Part shown: positions 38,337 to 47,614 of the stretch, piece by piece
How positions within the stretch are numbered: the stretch's first letter is position 1
Layout: the number at the start of each line of letters is the position of its first letter
Source of the DNA: Pseudomonadota bacterium
GTDB lineage: Bacteria; Pseudomonadota; Alphaproteobacteria; Rickettsiales; SXRF01
Length of the DNA stretch: 64,000 nucleotides
Assembly (NCBI GenBank): GCA_038043465.1
Contig: JBBTBX010000011.1
Location: 42,204 to 106,203, forward strand
Reading direction: 5' to 3'
Translations under genes and position numbers: made by a program
Notes under the pieces: generated by a model
What the model was told of the DNA's origin: nothing
The model's input: only the letters and a program-made list of their open reading frames with translations
The model's database searches: none

Positions 38337-38600
38337 ATGTCATTCGCTAATAAAATAGTTGGTTCAGGCAATATGCAGGTTCATTTTATAACCTGCAAGG
38401 ATCTGTATGAGCGTGACTGTTTTTATTTTTTATCAGCATCGAGTGAAAAAATAAAAATGCTGAAAAAGGTCGCTGGCGGTGAGTTTGACCTGAATGATTA
38501 CGGCAAAATCCTTGCATCCGGCTATGGTCTTACGCCTTCGGAAAATGTAAAAAATAAACTGCGCGATGAGTATGGATTTGACGCAAATACACTTCTGTAG
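38337..38600 (+). CDS. Hypothetical small protein, last gene of the small-protein operon
   Basis: 87 aa, starting 2 nt after the previous stop. It is unrelated to the four paralogs and I recognise no domain. Confidence 0.5.
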   Translation: MSFANKIVGSGNMQVHFITCKDLYERDCFYFLSASSEKIKMLKKVAGGEFDLNDYGKILASGYGLTPSENVKNKLRDEYGFDANTLL

Positions 38601-38608
38601 TATCTGCT

Positions 38609-38678
38609 GTCATTCTGAGTGTAACGAAGAATCTCCCTGAGTTTTTTAGTTAAGATACTTCGCTCACGCTCAGTATGA
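38609..38678. repeat. Palindromic element variant R7 (TCTGAG type)
   Basis: GTCATTCTGAGTGTAACGAAGAATCTC ... GATACTTCGCTCACGCTCAGTATGAC. Same design as R1-R6 with different arm sequence. Confidence 0.75.
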
Positions 38679-38716
38679 CAATGCACCCCCTAACCCCTAA
38701 TCACTCATCCCTCTCT

Positions 38717-40087
38717 ATGACCGTAATAACCCGCTTCGCCCCATCTCCCACCGGTTTTCTGCATATTGGCGGCGCGCGCACTGCCTTATTTAACTGGCTA
38801 TACGCCAAGCACCATAATGGCAAATTCCTGCTGCGGATAGAAGACACTGACCGCGCCCGCTCAACTCCAGAGGCAACCCAAGCAATCATTGACGGCATGA
38901 AATGGCTGGGTTTGGATCATGACGGCGAGATTGTTTATCAATTCGCCCGCACACCGCGCCACGCCGAAGTAGCACACGAACTGGTTAAAAACGGCAAAGC
39001 CTTTTATTGCTACACAACTCAGGCTGAACTTGAAGAATTCCGCACTAAAAATCCTAATGCAAAATTCCGCAGTCCTTATCGTGATGCTAATAAAAATGCG
39101 CCTGCCGGAGTTCCGGCAGTTGTGCGCCTGAAAGCCCCCCTTGATGGTGAAACAACCGTGGATGACAAGGTGCAAGGTACGGTAAGTGTTAAAAACAGCG
39201 AGCTTGATGATATGGTGCTTCTGCGCTCCGACGGCACACCAACTTATATGCTCGCAGTAGTAGTTGACGATTACGATATGGGAATCACCCAGATTATCCG
39301 CGGTGATGACCACCATACCAACAGTTTCCGCCAACTTTTAATCTATCAGGCGATGGGCTGGGAATCTCCGAATTTCGCACATATTCCGCTGATTCATGGC
39401 GCGGATGGCACAAAACTTTCCAAACGTCATGGCGCGCTCGGCGTTGGTGAATATGAAAAAATGGGCTATCTGCCGGAAGCCCTCCGTAATTATTTGCTGC
39501 GTCTCGGCTGGTCGCATGGCGATGATGAAATTATCAGCACTGAGCAGGCAATCGAGTGGTTTGATTTAGATTCCGTAGGTAAATCGCCATCACGCTTTGA
39601 TTTCGCCAAACTGGAAAATCTCAACGGTCACTATATGCGCGAGGCAGACGACGCGCTGTTGGTGGATTTAGTGGTGAATAATGGGCAGTGGACAGTAAAT
39701 GGTGAGCAAAAAAATATACTAATCAAAGCCATGAATGGCTTAAAGCAAAGGGCGAAAACCATTGTTGAACTTGCTGAAAATGCTGCTTTTTATATCGCAA
39801 CAAGACCTTTGCAATTGGATGAGAAAGCAAAAGCAATTATTGATAAAGGCGGGCGGGAAATAATAACAGGCATCCTGCCCGAGTTAGAAGGGCAAACCGC
39901 TTGGAATCATGATTCATTGCAGCAGCTTTGCAAGGATTATGGTGATAAAATCGGACAGAAATTAGGCAATGTAGCCCAGCCACTGCGCGCCGCAATATCA
40001 GGAAAAACAACGTCTCCCAGCATCTTCGAGGTAATGGAAATACTAGGCAAAGAAGAAATTATTGGACGACTTAAGGATGTGTGTTAG
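38717..40087 (+). CDS. gltX: Glutamate--tRNA ligase
   Basis: HIGGARTALFNWL and KLSKRHG class I motifs. Start is set at MTVITRF (ATG 38717), because the longer ORF begins inside repeat R7. Confidence 0.9.
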   Translation: MTVITRFAPSPTGFLHIGGARTALFNWLYAKHHNGKFLLRIEDTDRARSTPEATQAIIDGMKWLGLDHDGEIVYQFARTPRHAEVAHELVKNGKAFYCYTTQAELEEFRTKNPNAKFRSPYRDANKNAPAGVPAVVRLKAPLDGETTVDDKVQGTVSVKNSELDDMVLLRSDGTPTYMLAVVVDDYDMGITQIIRGDDHHTNSFRQLLIYQAMGWESPNFAHIPLIHGADGTKLSKRHGALGVGEYEKMGYLPEALRNYLLRLGWSHGDDEIISTEQAIEWFDLDSVGKSPSRFDFAKLENLNGHYMREADDALLVDLVVNNGQWTVNGEQKNILIKAMNGLKQRAKTIVELAENAAFYIATRPLQLDEKAKAIIDKGGREIITGILPELEGQTAWNHDSLQQLCKDYGDKIGQKLGNVAQPLRAAISGKTTSPSIFEVMEILGKEEIIGRLKDVC

Positions 40088-40117
40088 AATGCCATAAAGA
40101 TTAATGGAGTAATTTTT

Positions 40118-40330
40118 ATGAATAATTTTGATTTTTCTAACCTTTCGGTGGGTGAGCGAATAGATCTTGCGCAAACTCTTCTTGATAGTGTTCAAGGAGA
40201 GATTTCCGAACCTAAAATCAGCGAGGCATGGCAACAGGAAATTGAAAAACGAGCATCTGAAATTGCTTCTGGTGCAGTGAAAACAGTGCCTTGGGAAGAT
40301 GTGAAGAAAGAACTGTTTTCCGGTTTATAG
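40118..40330 (+). CDS. Putative addiction-module antitoxin component (TIGR02574-like)
   Basis: 70 aa (LSVGERIDLAQTLLDSV...AWQQEIEKRASEIASG...PWEDV). It lies immediately upstream of the toxin with no gap. Confidence 0.7.
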   Translation: MNNFDFSNLSVGERIDLAQTLLDSVQGEISEPKISEAWQQEIEKRASEIASGAVKTVPWEDVKKELFSGL

Positions 40331-40639
40331 ATGACTGAAATATTATTCCACCCTTCTGCGATTGTTGATATAAGGTTATCACAAGATTGGTATAGTAAAG
40401 AAAGCAAAGTAGCATCTGACAGATTCGCTACATCAATAATAAAAACTATCAAAAACTTAGAGAAATTTCCATATTCCTATCCAATTTGCTTTTCCAATAT
40501 CAGGCGTATGATAGTGCATGGATTTCCATATAATATTTACTATCAATTTGATAATGATAGAATTATAATACTAGCTGTTTCTCATGCTCATCGAGACCCA
40601 GTTTATTTAAATGATATAATTAAAATAAGAAAAAGCTAA
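40331..40639 (+). CDS. Type II toxin, RelE/ParE family
   Basis: 102 aa with a ParE/RelE-like pattern (FPYSYP...RRMIVHGFPYNIYYQFDNDRIIILAVSHAHRDP). Confidence 0.7.
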   Translation: MTEILFHPSAIVDIRLSQDWYSKESKVASDRFATSIIKTIKNLEKFPYSYPICFSNIRRMIVHGFPYNIYYQFDNDRIIILAVSHAHRDPVYLNDIIKIRKS

Positions 40640-40656
40640 CTAATTGGATTAAATAA

Positions 40657-41262
40657 ATGACCATTCGCCCTATAATAATCGCGCCGGATCCACGGCTAAA
40701 AACCAAATCGTCTATTGTCGAAACCATTGATGATTCCATCAGTGAGCTGGTGCGTGATATGTTTGAAACTATGTATTATGAACGTGGCATAGGTCTCGCC
40801 GCCGTGCAGATTGGCATCCATAAACGGGTTCTGGTTGCGGATGTTGAGTGGAATGGCTCACGTTATGCCGAAGAGGAAGGTGCCGACGAAGAGCTGGTGA
40901 TTGGCAAACAGCATGTTTTAATAAACCCGCAAATATTAAATGATTCCGGTGACGAACAATCCTATAAAGAAGGTTGCCTTTCATTTCCTGATCAATTTGC
41001 TGATATTATCCGCCCATCATCTATCCGCGTGAAATTTACTGATTTAGATGGCAAAGACCGTGAAGAAAGCTTTGATGGTTTACTTGCCACCTGTATACAG
41101 CACGAAATTGATCACTTGAACGGCATAACATTTGTTGATCATATTTCACCTGTTAAGCGTGATATGATAACCAGAAGACTGACAAAAATGAAAAAAGCCG
41201 GTGCATTCGACCATGATCATGACCATCATCATGTGCACGATGAGAATTGTAACCACGGTTAG
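40657..41262 (+). CDS. def: Peptide deformylase with His-rich C-terminal tail
   Basis: GIGLAAVQIG, EGCLSFP and HEIDHLNG motifs. The tail is FDHDHDHHHVHDENCNHG. Confidence 0.9.
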   Translation: MTIRPIIIAPDPRLKTKSSIVETIDDSISELVRDMFETMYYERGIGLAAVQIGIHKRVLVADVEWNGSRYAEEEGADEELVIGKQHVLINPQILNDSGDEQSYKEGCLSFPDQFADIIRPSSIRVKFTDLDGKDREESFDGLLATCIQHEIDHLNGITFVDHISPVKRDMITRRLTKMKKAGAFDHDHDHHHVHDENCNHG

Positions 41263-41264
41263 GG

Positions 41265-41336
41265 GATAACGGATGACAGATGGCAGATAACGAAAAAGCA
41301 GAGAATTTGTCATCCGTCATAAGTCATCCGTTATCT
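41265..41336. repeat. Palindromic heptamer-word element between def and fmt
   Basis: Perfect 13-bp inverted repeat GATAACGGATGAC (41265-41277) / GTCATCCGTTATC (41324-41336). The words GATAACG and GGATGAC and their complements recur internally. Confidence 0.7.
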
Positions 41337-42245
41337 ATAGTATTTATGGGAACGCCAACGTTTGCATTGCCTGTTATTGAGGCTATTCAATCCAGTAAGC
41401 ATAAGATTATAGCAGTATATACCCAACCTCCGCGCCCATCCGGACGCGGACAAAAAGAAACTCCATCGCCGGTTCATCAGTTCGCTCTGGAACATAATCT
41501 ACCGGTTTACACGCCAACCAGCCTTAAATCTGTCGAAGAACAAAGCAAATTTGCTGCCCATAAAGCCGATATTGCCGTAGTAATTGCTTATGGATTATTA
41601 TTACCCAAAGCCATTCTTGAGGCTTATCCGCATGGCTGCATCAACGTTCATCCTTCCTTACTTCCGCGCTGGCGTGGAGCTGCTCCCATTCAGCGAACCA
41701 TTATGGCGGGCGATAAAAAAACCGCGATAATAATAATGAAAATGGATGAAGGTTTAGACACTGGCGATATGTTGCTCACCGAACATATTGATATTCCAGA
41801 CGCAACCAATGCAGGGGAATTGCATGATTTGCTTTCTGGGAAAGCTGCCCCGTTAATTATGAAAGTATTAGATGAAATAAACTCTCTAACATCGCAAAAA
41901 CAATCAGAAATCGGTGTTACTTATGCAAAGAAAATAAGCAAAGAAGATTGCATTATTGATTGGAAAAAACCCGCACAAGAAATTTATCAACAAATTCTTG
42001 GGTTATCGCCCGCGCAAGGAGCATGTTTCAGCTATAACAACGAGATAATAAAAATATTTGATGCAATAGTTGAGAAAACCACAACAACCGCAACAGCTGG
42101 TACAATTATTGATGATAAGCTCGGCATTGCTTGCGGAAATGGTATTTTACGACCGCTTATCCTGCAACGCCCCAACAAAAAACGCATGAGTGCTGATGAG
42201 CTGCTTCACGGCTTCAATATTCCGGTAAGAACCATTCTGGTATAA
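41280..42245 (+). CDS. fmt: Methionyl-tRNA formyltransferase
   Basis: IVFMGTPTFALP and HPSLLPRWRGAAPIQR motifs. The annotated ATG lies inside the palindromic element, and an alternative TTG start exists at 41307. Confidence 0.9.
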   Translation: MADNEKAENLSSVISHPLSIVFMGTPTFALPVIEAIQSSKHKIIAVYTQPPRPSGRGQKETPSPVHQFALEHNLPVYTPTSLKSVEEQSKFAAHKADIAVVIAYGLLLPKAILEAYPHGCINVHPSLLPRWRGAAPIQRTIMAGDKKTAIIIMKMDEGLDTGDMLLTEHIDIPDATNAGELHDLLSGKAAPLIMKVLDEINSLTSQKQSEIGVTYAKKISKEDCIIDWKKPAQEIYQQILGLSPAQGACFSYNNEIIKIFDAIVEKTTTTATAGTIIDDKLGIACGNGILRPLILQRPNKKRMSADELLHGFNIPVRTILV

Positions 42246-42252
42246 GTTCTTC

Positions 42253-42283
42253 CCTGACCTCTGAATCCCGAATCCTAACCTCT
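42253..42283. repeat. Heptamer tract H3 between convergent fmt and ssb
   Basis: CCTGACC TCTGAAT CCCGAAT CCTAACC TCT. It fills almost the entire 40-nt gap between the two stop codons. Confidence 0.6.
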
Positions 42284-42285
42284 TT

Positions 42286-42762
42286 TTAGAAAGGAATCTC
42301 ATCATCCATCAGCTCAGAAGGAGCTTTTTGTCCTTGAGCAGGTGATGATGCTTGCGAATAGCTCTGGTTATAATTTCCACCACCAGCATTTTCACCGCTA
42401 CCTCCACCGCTTTTACCATCAAGCATGGTAAGAACGCTGCTAAAGCCTTGCAGCACAACTTCCGTTGAGTATTTTTCATGACCGTCTTTATCAGTCCATT
42501 TGCGGGTTTGCAGTTGTCCTTCAATATATACTTTTGCACCTTTTTTCAGGTAATTTTTAACGACATTAACCAGCCCTTCGCTAAAAATAACAACGCGGTG
42601 CCATTCAGTTTTTTCCTTGCGCTCGCCGGTGTTGCGGTCTTTCCAGCTCTCGGAGGTAGCAATCGCCAGATTAGCGATTTCGCGCCCATCCTGCGTTGAG
42701 CGAATTTCCGGATCACGACCAAGATTTCCAATAAGTATAACTTTATTAACGCTGCCAGCCAT
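42286..42762 (-). CDS. ssb: Single-stranded DNA-binding protein
   Basis: 158 aa with an OB-fold N-terminus, a Gly/Gln-rich linker and the acidic tail DDEIPF. Confidence 0.95.
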   Translation of the reverse strand: MAGSVNKVILIGNLGRDPEIRSTQDGREIANLAIATSESWKDRNTGERKEKTEWHRVVIFSEGLVNVVKNYLKKGAKVYIEGQLQTRKWTDKDGHEKYSTEVVLQGFSSVLTMLDGKSGGGSGENAGGGNYNQSYSQASSPAQGQKAPSELMDDEIPF

Positions 42763-42817
42763 ATTACTTCTCCAATGTTATTATTAATTAACAAGAGACT
42801 TCTGCACAATTCGTTTT

Positions 42818-42919
42818 TCGTCATTGCGAGCGACTGCAAGGAGCGTGGCAATCCAGTATCTTATATATTCATTCTACTGGATTGCTTCGTATTTTTCACA
42901 AAATACTCGCAATGACGAA
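42818..42919. repeat. Nested palindromic element copy R6 (intergenic)
   Basis: TTCGTCATTGCGAG...GGCAATCCAG...CTGGATTGCTTCG...CTCGCAATGACGAA. Confidence 0.9.
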
Positions 42920-43029
42920 TTATGCAGAGGTCTTAATAATGCTAATCTACATAACTACGGTTTTTCTACAAGCTAAAACTTCTGGCGGAAAGTGCTTTGC
43001 AACTTGTCCGCCTGCCTCTATCATTAGGT

Positions 43030-44877
43030 ATGGGAAAATCGTATAATCTGATATTTCATACGCATGACGTGCTGGTAATTGGTGCAGGCGGAGCGGGTCT
43101 ACGGGCTGCGGTTGCCGCCAGCGAGGGCGGTCTTTCCGTTGCCTGCATTTCCAAAGTTCCGCCCACCCGCAGCCACACAGTAGCAGCTCAAGGCGGAATC
43201 AATGCCGCCCTTGGCAACCGAACGGAAGATGACTGGCAGTGGCATATGTATGACACGATACGTGGCTCTGACTGGCTGGGAGATCAGGATGCAATCGCCA
43301 TGATGTGTGAGCGTGCGCCGGAAGCCATCATTGAGCTGGAACAAATGGGGATGCCCTTCACCCGTGATGAAAGCGGGCAGATTTACCAACGCGCCTATGG
43401 CGGGCAGAAAACCAATTTCGGCAAAGGCGGGCTGGCTTATCGCGCCTGCGCTGTGGCTGACCGGACTGGCCATTCCTTGCTGCATACTTTGTATACTCAG
43501 GCACTTCGCCAGAATGTTCAGTTCTTTATTGAATACACCGCTCTGGATTTGATTTTTGATGAAAACAAAAAATGTCTTGGGCTTCTGGCATGGCAGATGG
43601 AAACTGGTGAACTGCATGTGTTTCAGGCGCACACCACCATAATTGCCACCGGTGGTTTCGGACAGATTTACGCGGCAACAACCGCCTCCACCATCTGCAC
43701 CGGCGATGGCAATGCAATGGTTTTGCGTGCCGGACTACCGCTGCAGGATATGGAATTTATTCAATTCCATCCAACCAGCTTATATAATACAGGTGTACTC
43801 ATCACTGAAGGTGCGCGTGGTGAAGGAGCATATCTTAGCAACGCCAATGGCGAACGTTTTATGCAGCGTTACGCCCCATCTTATATGGAACTTGCCTCAC
43901 GCGATGTAATCTCGCGCTCAATGGTGCAGGAAATACTCGCCGGAAATGGTTGCGGTGAAAAAAAAGATCATCTGCATTTACGCCTCGAACATTTGCCAGC
44001 CGAGTTGATTGATAGCAAACTACCTTCCATCAAGGAAATCGTCAAAACCTTTGCTCGCCTTGATATACATAAACAACCAATACCAATTATTCCCGCCGTG
44101 CATTACACAATGGGTGGAATCCCAACCAATATGCGTAGTGAAGTAATTAAATCCTGTGGAGCGCGAAGCACTAGCACAATATCTCCATCAGCAGATTCTG
44201 TGCAGCCTGACGGCTCACAGGATTATAAAATCGTTGAAGGTTTGCTTGCCATCGGCGAAGCTTCCTGCACCTCGGTTCACGGAGCGAATCGCCTTGGTTG
44301 CAATGCCTTGCTTGAATTGGTGGTATTTGGAAAAGCCGCTGGTGAATTGGCGGTAGAAACTATTGGAAATCAAACTTCACATAAAAAAATTACCGATAGC
44401 ATGCTTGAGCAAGCATTGTCACGCTTTGACAAGCTGCGGAATACCACCGGCAATACCAGCCCTAATAAAATCCGGAAAGAACTGCAACAAACCATGCAAC
44501 AGCACGGCAATATTTTCCGCACTAATGATTTGCTGGTTGAAGGAGTAAATAAGCTTTCCAAACTTTGGGAAATTGCAAAGAATGATATGAAAGTGGCTGA
44601 TAAATCCCTTATCTGGAATAATGACCTGTTGGACGCTCTGGAAACTGATAATTTACTCCGATTGGCATCTGTTACCCTTACTTCTGCCCTGAAACGCACC
44701 GAAAGCCGTGGCGCACATTTCCGCGCTGATTTCCCGAAGCGAGATGATAAGAATTGGCTGGTACATAGCTTGGTTTCCATGAGTGAAAATGGCGAAATCA
44801 ATCACTCCACCCGCCCAGTACGCCTTGAAAATGCTGAAAAAACAATATCTTTCCCGCCGGAAGAGCGGGAATATTAG
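43030..44877 (+). CDS. sdhA: Succinate dehydrogenase flavoprotein subunit
   Basis: [19 protein letters not shown] and SVHGANRLG motifs. Start is at MGKSYN (ATG 43030). No sdhB/C/D is adjacent in this window. Confidence 0.95.
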   Translation: MGKSYNLIFHTHDVLVIGAGGAGLRAAVAASEGGLSVACISKVPPTRSHTVAAQGGINAALGNRTEDDWQWHMYDTIRGSDWLGDQDAIAMMCERAPEAIIELEQMGMPFTRDESGQIYQRAYGGQKTNFGKGGLAYRACAVADRTGHSLLHTLYTQALRQNVQFFIEYTALDLIFDENKKCLGLLAWQMETGELHVFQAHTTIIATGGFGQIYAATTASTICTGDGNAMVLRAGLPLQDMEFIQFHPTSLYNTGVLITEGARGEGAYLSNANGERFMQRYAPSYMELASRDVISRSMVQEILAGNGCGEKKDHLHLRLEHLPAELIDSKLPSIKEIVKTFARLDIHKQPIPIIPAVHYTMGGIPTNMRSEVIKSCGARSTSTISPSADSVQPDGSQDYKIVEGLLAIGEASCTSVHGANRLGCNALLELVVFGKAAGELAVETIGNQTSHKKITDSMLEQALSRFDKLRNTTGNTSPNKIRKELQQTMQQHGNIFRTNDLLVEGVNKLSKLWEIAKNDMKVADKSLIWNNDLLDALETDNLLRLASVTLTSALKRTESRGAHFRADFPKRDDKNWLVHSLVSMSENGEINHSTRPVRLENAEKTISFPPEEREY

Positions 44878-44897
44878 TCATTTTTATGTCATTTTTA

Positions 44898-44926
44898 TTG
44901 ACAATATATACAATATGTATATATTA
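44898..44926 (+). promoter_or_regulatory. Candidate brnTA promoter with embedded 21-bp palindromic operator
   Basis: TTGACA (44898-44903), N16, then TATATT. The palindrome ATATATACA-ATA-TGTATATAT (44904-24) lies between the hexamers, and the brnT ATG is at 44932. Confidence 0.4.
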
Positions 44927-44931
44927 TTGAC

Positions 44932-45207
44932 ATGTATGAATGGTATGAAGAAAAGCAACTGCAGAATATCAAAAATCACGGAATGGATTTTATTGACGCG
45001 GTTCAGATTTTTGATGGTAGACCAGCTTTTACGTACATTTCAGAACGCAACAACGAAGAGCGTTTTGTTACGGTCGGAAAGATAGATGGAAAACTATGGA
45101 AAGTAGTTTGGCAAAAGCGCAATAAGAAAAAACGTATTATTTCAGCACACAGAGGCAGTGATGGCACAGAAAGAAAATATAATGAACTATTCGGCAAAGG
45201 AAATTAA
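44932..45207 (+). CDS. brnT: BrnT family toxin (DUF497)
   Basis: 91 aa. YEWYEEKQLQNIKNHGMDFIDAVQIF...RIISAHR is typical of BrnT. Confidence 0.8.
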   Translation: MYEWYEEKQLQNIKNHGMDFIDAVQIFDGRPAFTYISERNNEERFVTVGKIDGKLWKVVWQKRNKKKRIISAHRGSDGTERKYNELFGKGN

Positions 45208-45484
45208 GCAACTGCGCACTAAGGGCAAAAGTAAGACCGATTGGCGCAAAATTGACTCCATGACCGATAAAGAAATTAAAAATGCTATTGCCCATGACAT
45301 TGATAGTGCGCCAGACCCTTTTAATTGGGACAAGGTTATAGTGGAAGTTACACCACCTAAATCGCCTCTTTATATGAGGCTTGATGCCGATGTCCTAAAC
45401 TGGTTTAAAGGGCAAGGTAAAGGCTATCAAGGTACTATTAACGCTGTTCTACGGTCTTATGTAAACGCTCAGCAACATAAGTAA
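45161..45484 (+). CDS. brnA: BrnA family antitoxin
   Basis: The C-terminus MRLDADVLNWFKGQGKGYQGTINAVLRSYV is typical of BrnA. It overlaps the brnT 3' end. Confidence 0.8.
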   Translation: MAQKENIMNYSAKEIKQLRTKGKSKTDWRKIDSMTDKEIKNAIAHDIDSAPDPFNWDKVIVEVTPPKSPLYMRLDADVLNWFKGQGKGYQGTINAVLRSYVNAQQHK

Positions 45485-45533
45485 CCTGTGGTTTTATTCT
45501 CTACAACCACTGGACAGCGCGTAAATTTCCCTT

Positions 45534-45575
45534 ATAACTAACCACCATTCACTAACCGCCAATCACTATTCACCA
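45534..45575. repeat. Heptamer tract H4 abutting the thrS start codon
   Basis: ATAACTA ACCACCA TTCACTA ACCGCCA ATCACTA TTCACCA, ending 2 nt before ATG 45578. It is nearly G-free on the plus strand. Its reverse complement uses the same words (TAGTGAn / TGGnGGn) as tract H7. Confidence 0.7.
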
Positions 45576-45577
45576 CT

Positions 45578-47494
45578 ATGCCCATAATTACCCTTCCTGA
45601 CGGTTCAAAACGCGAATTTCCGAGTGCTGTAACAGGCGCGGAGCTTGCCTTGAGCATTGGTGCTGGGCTTGCCAAAGCTGCGCTGTGCGTGCGGGTGGAT
45701 GGCGAATTGCGCGATATTTACCTGCCAATAGAAAACGATGCTAATGTCCAGATAATCACCGCCAAAGACGCTGACGGGCTGGAATTAATCCGCCATGACA
45801 CTGCCCATATACTCGCCGAAGCAGTAAAAGAGCTGTTTCCGGAAACGCAAGTTACCATTGGCCCAGCGATTGAAAACGGTTTTTATTATGATTTTTCCCG
45901 CCCTACCCCGTTTTCCAGCAATGATCTGGAAGCTATTGAAAAACGAATGAAGGAAATTGTAGCGCGTTCTGAGCCTATCCGCCGTGAGGAATGGGATCGC
46001 GATGAAGCTGTAAAATTCTTCAAATCCATAGGAGAGCATTATAAAGCCGAGATTATTTCTGCAATTCCTGCCGACCAGAAAATTTCTCTATACCGTCAGG
46101 GCAATTTCATTGATTTATGTCGCGGCCCACACGCTGACTCAACCGCCAAAATCGGCACTGGCTTTAAACTTCTTAAAGTTGCTGGTGCTTACTGGCGCGG
46201 CAATTCCAACAACGAAATGCTGCAACGTATTTATGGCACAGCATGGGCTTCGGAAAAAGATCTGAAAGCCTATCTCACCATGCTCGAGGAAGCGGAAAAA
46301 CGTGACCACCGCAAACTCGGCAAAGAACTTGAGCTATTCCACATTGAAGAACACACACCCGGAATGGTTTTCTGGCATGATAAAGGCTGGACGCTATACC
46401 GCACCATTGAAAATTATATCCGCAACAAGATCCGCGCAAATGGCTATATCGAGGTAAAAACCCCAATATTGGTTGATCGCAGCTTATGGGAAGCTTCCGG
46501 ACACTGGGAAAAATTCCACGAAAATATGTTTGTGAGCAATTCCGACGAAGAGCGCACAATGGCAGTAAAGCCGATGAATTGCCCCTGCCACGTGCAGATT
46601 TTCCGTCAGGGACTCAAAAGCTACCGCGATCTACCGCTACGCATGGCAGAATTTGGCACTTGCCACCGTAACGAACCATCCGGCAGCTTGCATGGCATCA
46701 TGCGCATTCGCGGCTTCGTGCAGGATGACGCGCATATTTTCTGCACCGAAGACCAGATAACCTCAGAAACCGTTGCTTTCTGCGATTTACTTAAAGATGT
46801 CTATAAAACATTTGGTTTTACTCAGGTAAGCGTAAAATTTTCTGACCGTCCCGCCAAGCGTGCTGGCACCGATGCAACTTGGGATAAAGCCGAAAACGCC
46901 CTGAAAGAAGCAGTAAATGCTGCCGGTCTGGAATGGACTTTGAATTCAGGTGAAGGTGCATTTTATGGGCCTAAACTGGAATTTGTGCTGCGTGATGCTA
47001 TTGGTCGTGACTGGCAATGCGGCACATTACAAGTTGATTTCGTACTCCCCGAACGCCTCGATGCCAATTATATTGCGCCGGACGGAAGCAAACAACGTCC
47101 GGTAATGCTCCATCGTGCGATTCTCGGCTCGCTGGAACGCTTTATTGGCATTCTGATTGAAGAATATTCCGGCAAATTCCCGATCTGGCTTGCCCCTGTG
47201 CAGGTGGTTGTGGCAACCATTACCGAAGCAGCAGACGCTTACGCCGCAGAGATTTGCGAACTGTTAAAACAGGCTGGAATCCGCGCAGCACTCGACATTT
47301 CTAACAATAAAATCAATTATAAAGTGCGCGAACATTCCTTGCAAAAAGTTCCGGTAATGTTCGTAGTTGGGACAAAAGAACAGGAAAACCGCAGCGTCTC
47401 CATCCGCAGGCTTGGCTCAGAAAGGCAGGAATTGCAGGGTTTTGAAGATGCCAAGCACGCTTTATTGCTGGAAGCCGGAATACCGGATCAATGA
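45578..47494 (+). CDS. thrS: Threonine--tRNA ligase
   Basis: 638 aa with a TGS N-terminus ([14 protein letters not shown]) and class II core motifs (e.g. FRNE-type HRNEPSG). Confidence 0.95.
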   Translation: MPIITLPDGSKREFPSAVTGAELALSIGAGLAKAALCVRVDGELRDIYLPIENDANVQIITAKDADGLELIRHDTAHILAEAVKELFPETQVTIGPAIENGFYYDFSRPTPFSSNDLEAIEKRMKEIVARSEPIRREEWDRDEAVKFFKSIGEHYKAEIISAIPADQKISLYRQGNFIDLCRGPHADSTAKIGTGFKLLKVAGAYWRGNSNNEMLQRIYGTAWASEKDLKAYLTMLEEAEKRDHRKLGKELELFHIEEHTPGMVFWHDKGWTLYRTIENYIRNKIRANGYIEVKTPILVDRSLWEASGHWEKFHENMFVSNSDEERTMAVKPMNCPCHVQIFRQGLKSYRDLPLRMAEFGTCHRNEPSGSLHGIMRIRGFVQDDAHIFCTEDQITSETVAFCDLLKDVYKTFGFTQVSVKFSDRPAKRAGTDATWDKAENALKEAVNAAGLEWTLNSGEGAFYGPKLEFVLRDAIGRDWQCGTLQVDFVLPERLDANYIAPDGSKQRPVMLHRAILGSLERFIGILIEEYSGKFPIWLAPVQVVVATITEAADAYAAEICELLKQAGIRAALDISNNKINYKVREHSLQKVPVMFVVGTKEQENRSVSIRRLGSERQELQGFEDAKHALLLEAGIPDQ

Positions 47495-47537
47495 TTTCTT
47501 TCTTGATTTTCTGCGGATTTCAGCTATTAGGGTACAG

Positions 47538-47562
47538 CGCAATAAATTATTAACTTATTGCG
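47538..47562 (+). terminator. Weak hairpin downstream of thrS
   Basis: CGCAATAA-ATTATTAAC-TTATTGCG (8-bp stem) followed by T-rich sequence. The AT-rich stem makes termination activity uncertain. Confidence 0.3.
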
Positions 47563-47614
47563 AATATAATTGTTTTATTAGTTTTTATTTTATTAATTTT
47601 TACAGGAGGACTGT

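Noticed and set aside
43099-43632. 177-aa minus-strand ORF, plus several 60-90 aa ORFs inside sdhA
   Set aside because: They are antisense or out-of-frame within a strongly conserved sdhA coding region and show no independent signals.
44150-44235. Extra ~15-20 aa segment in SdhA ([26 protein letters not shown]) as another repeat-derived insertion
   Set aside because: The encoding DNA shows no palindromic structure and no similarity to the other elements by eye. It may be ordinary lineage-specific loop variation and needs an ortholog alignment.
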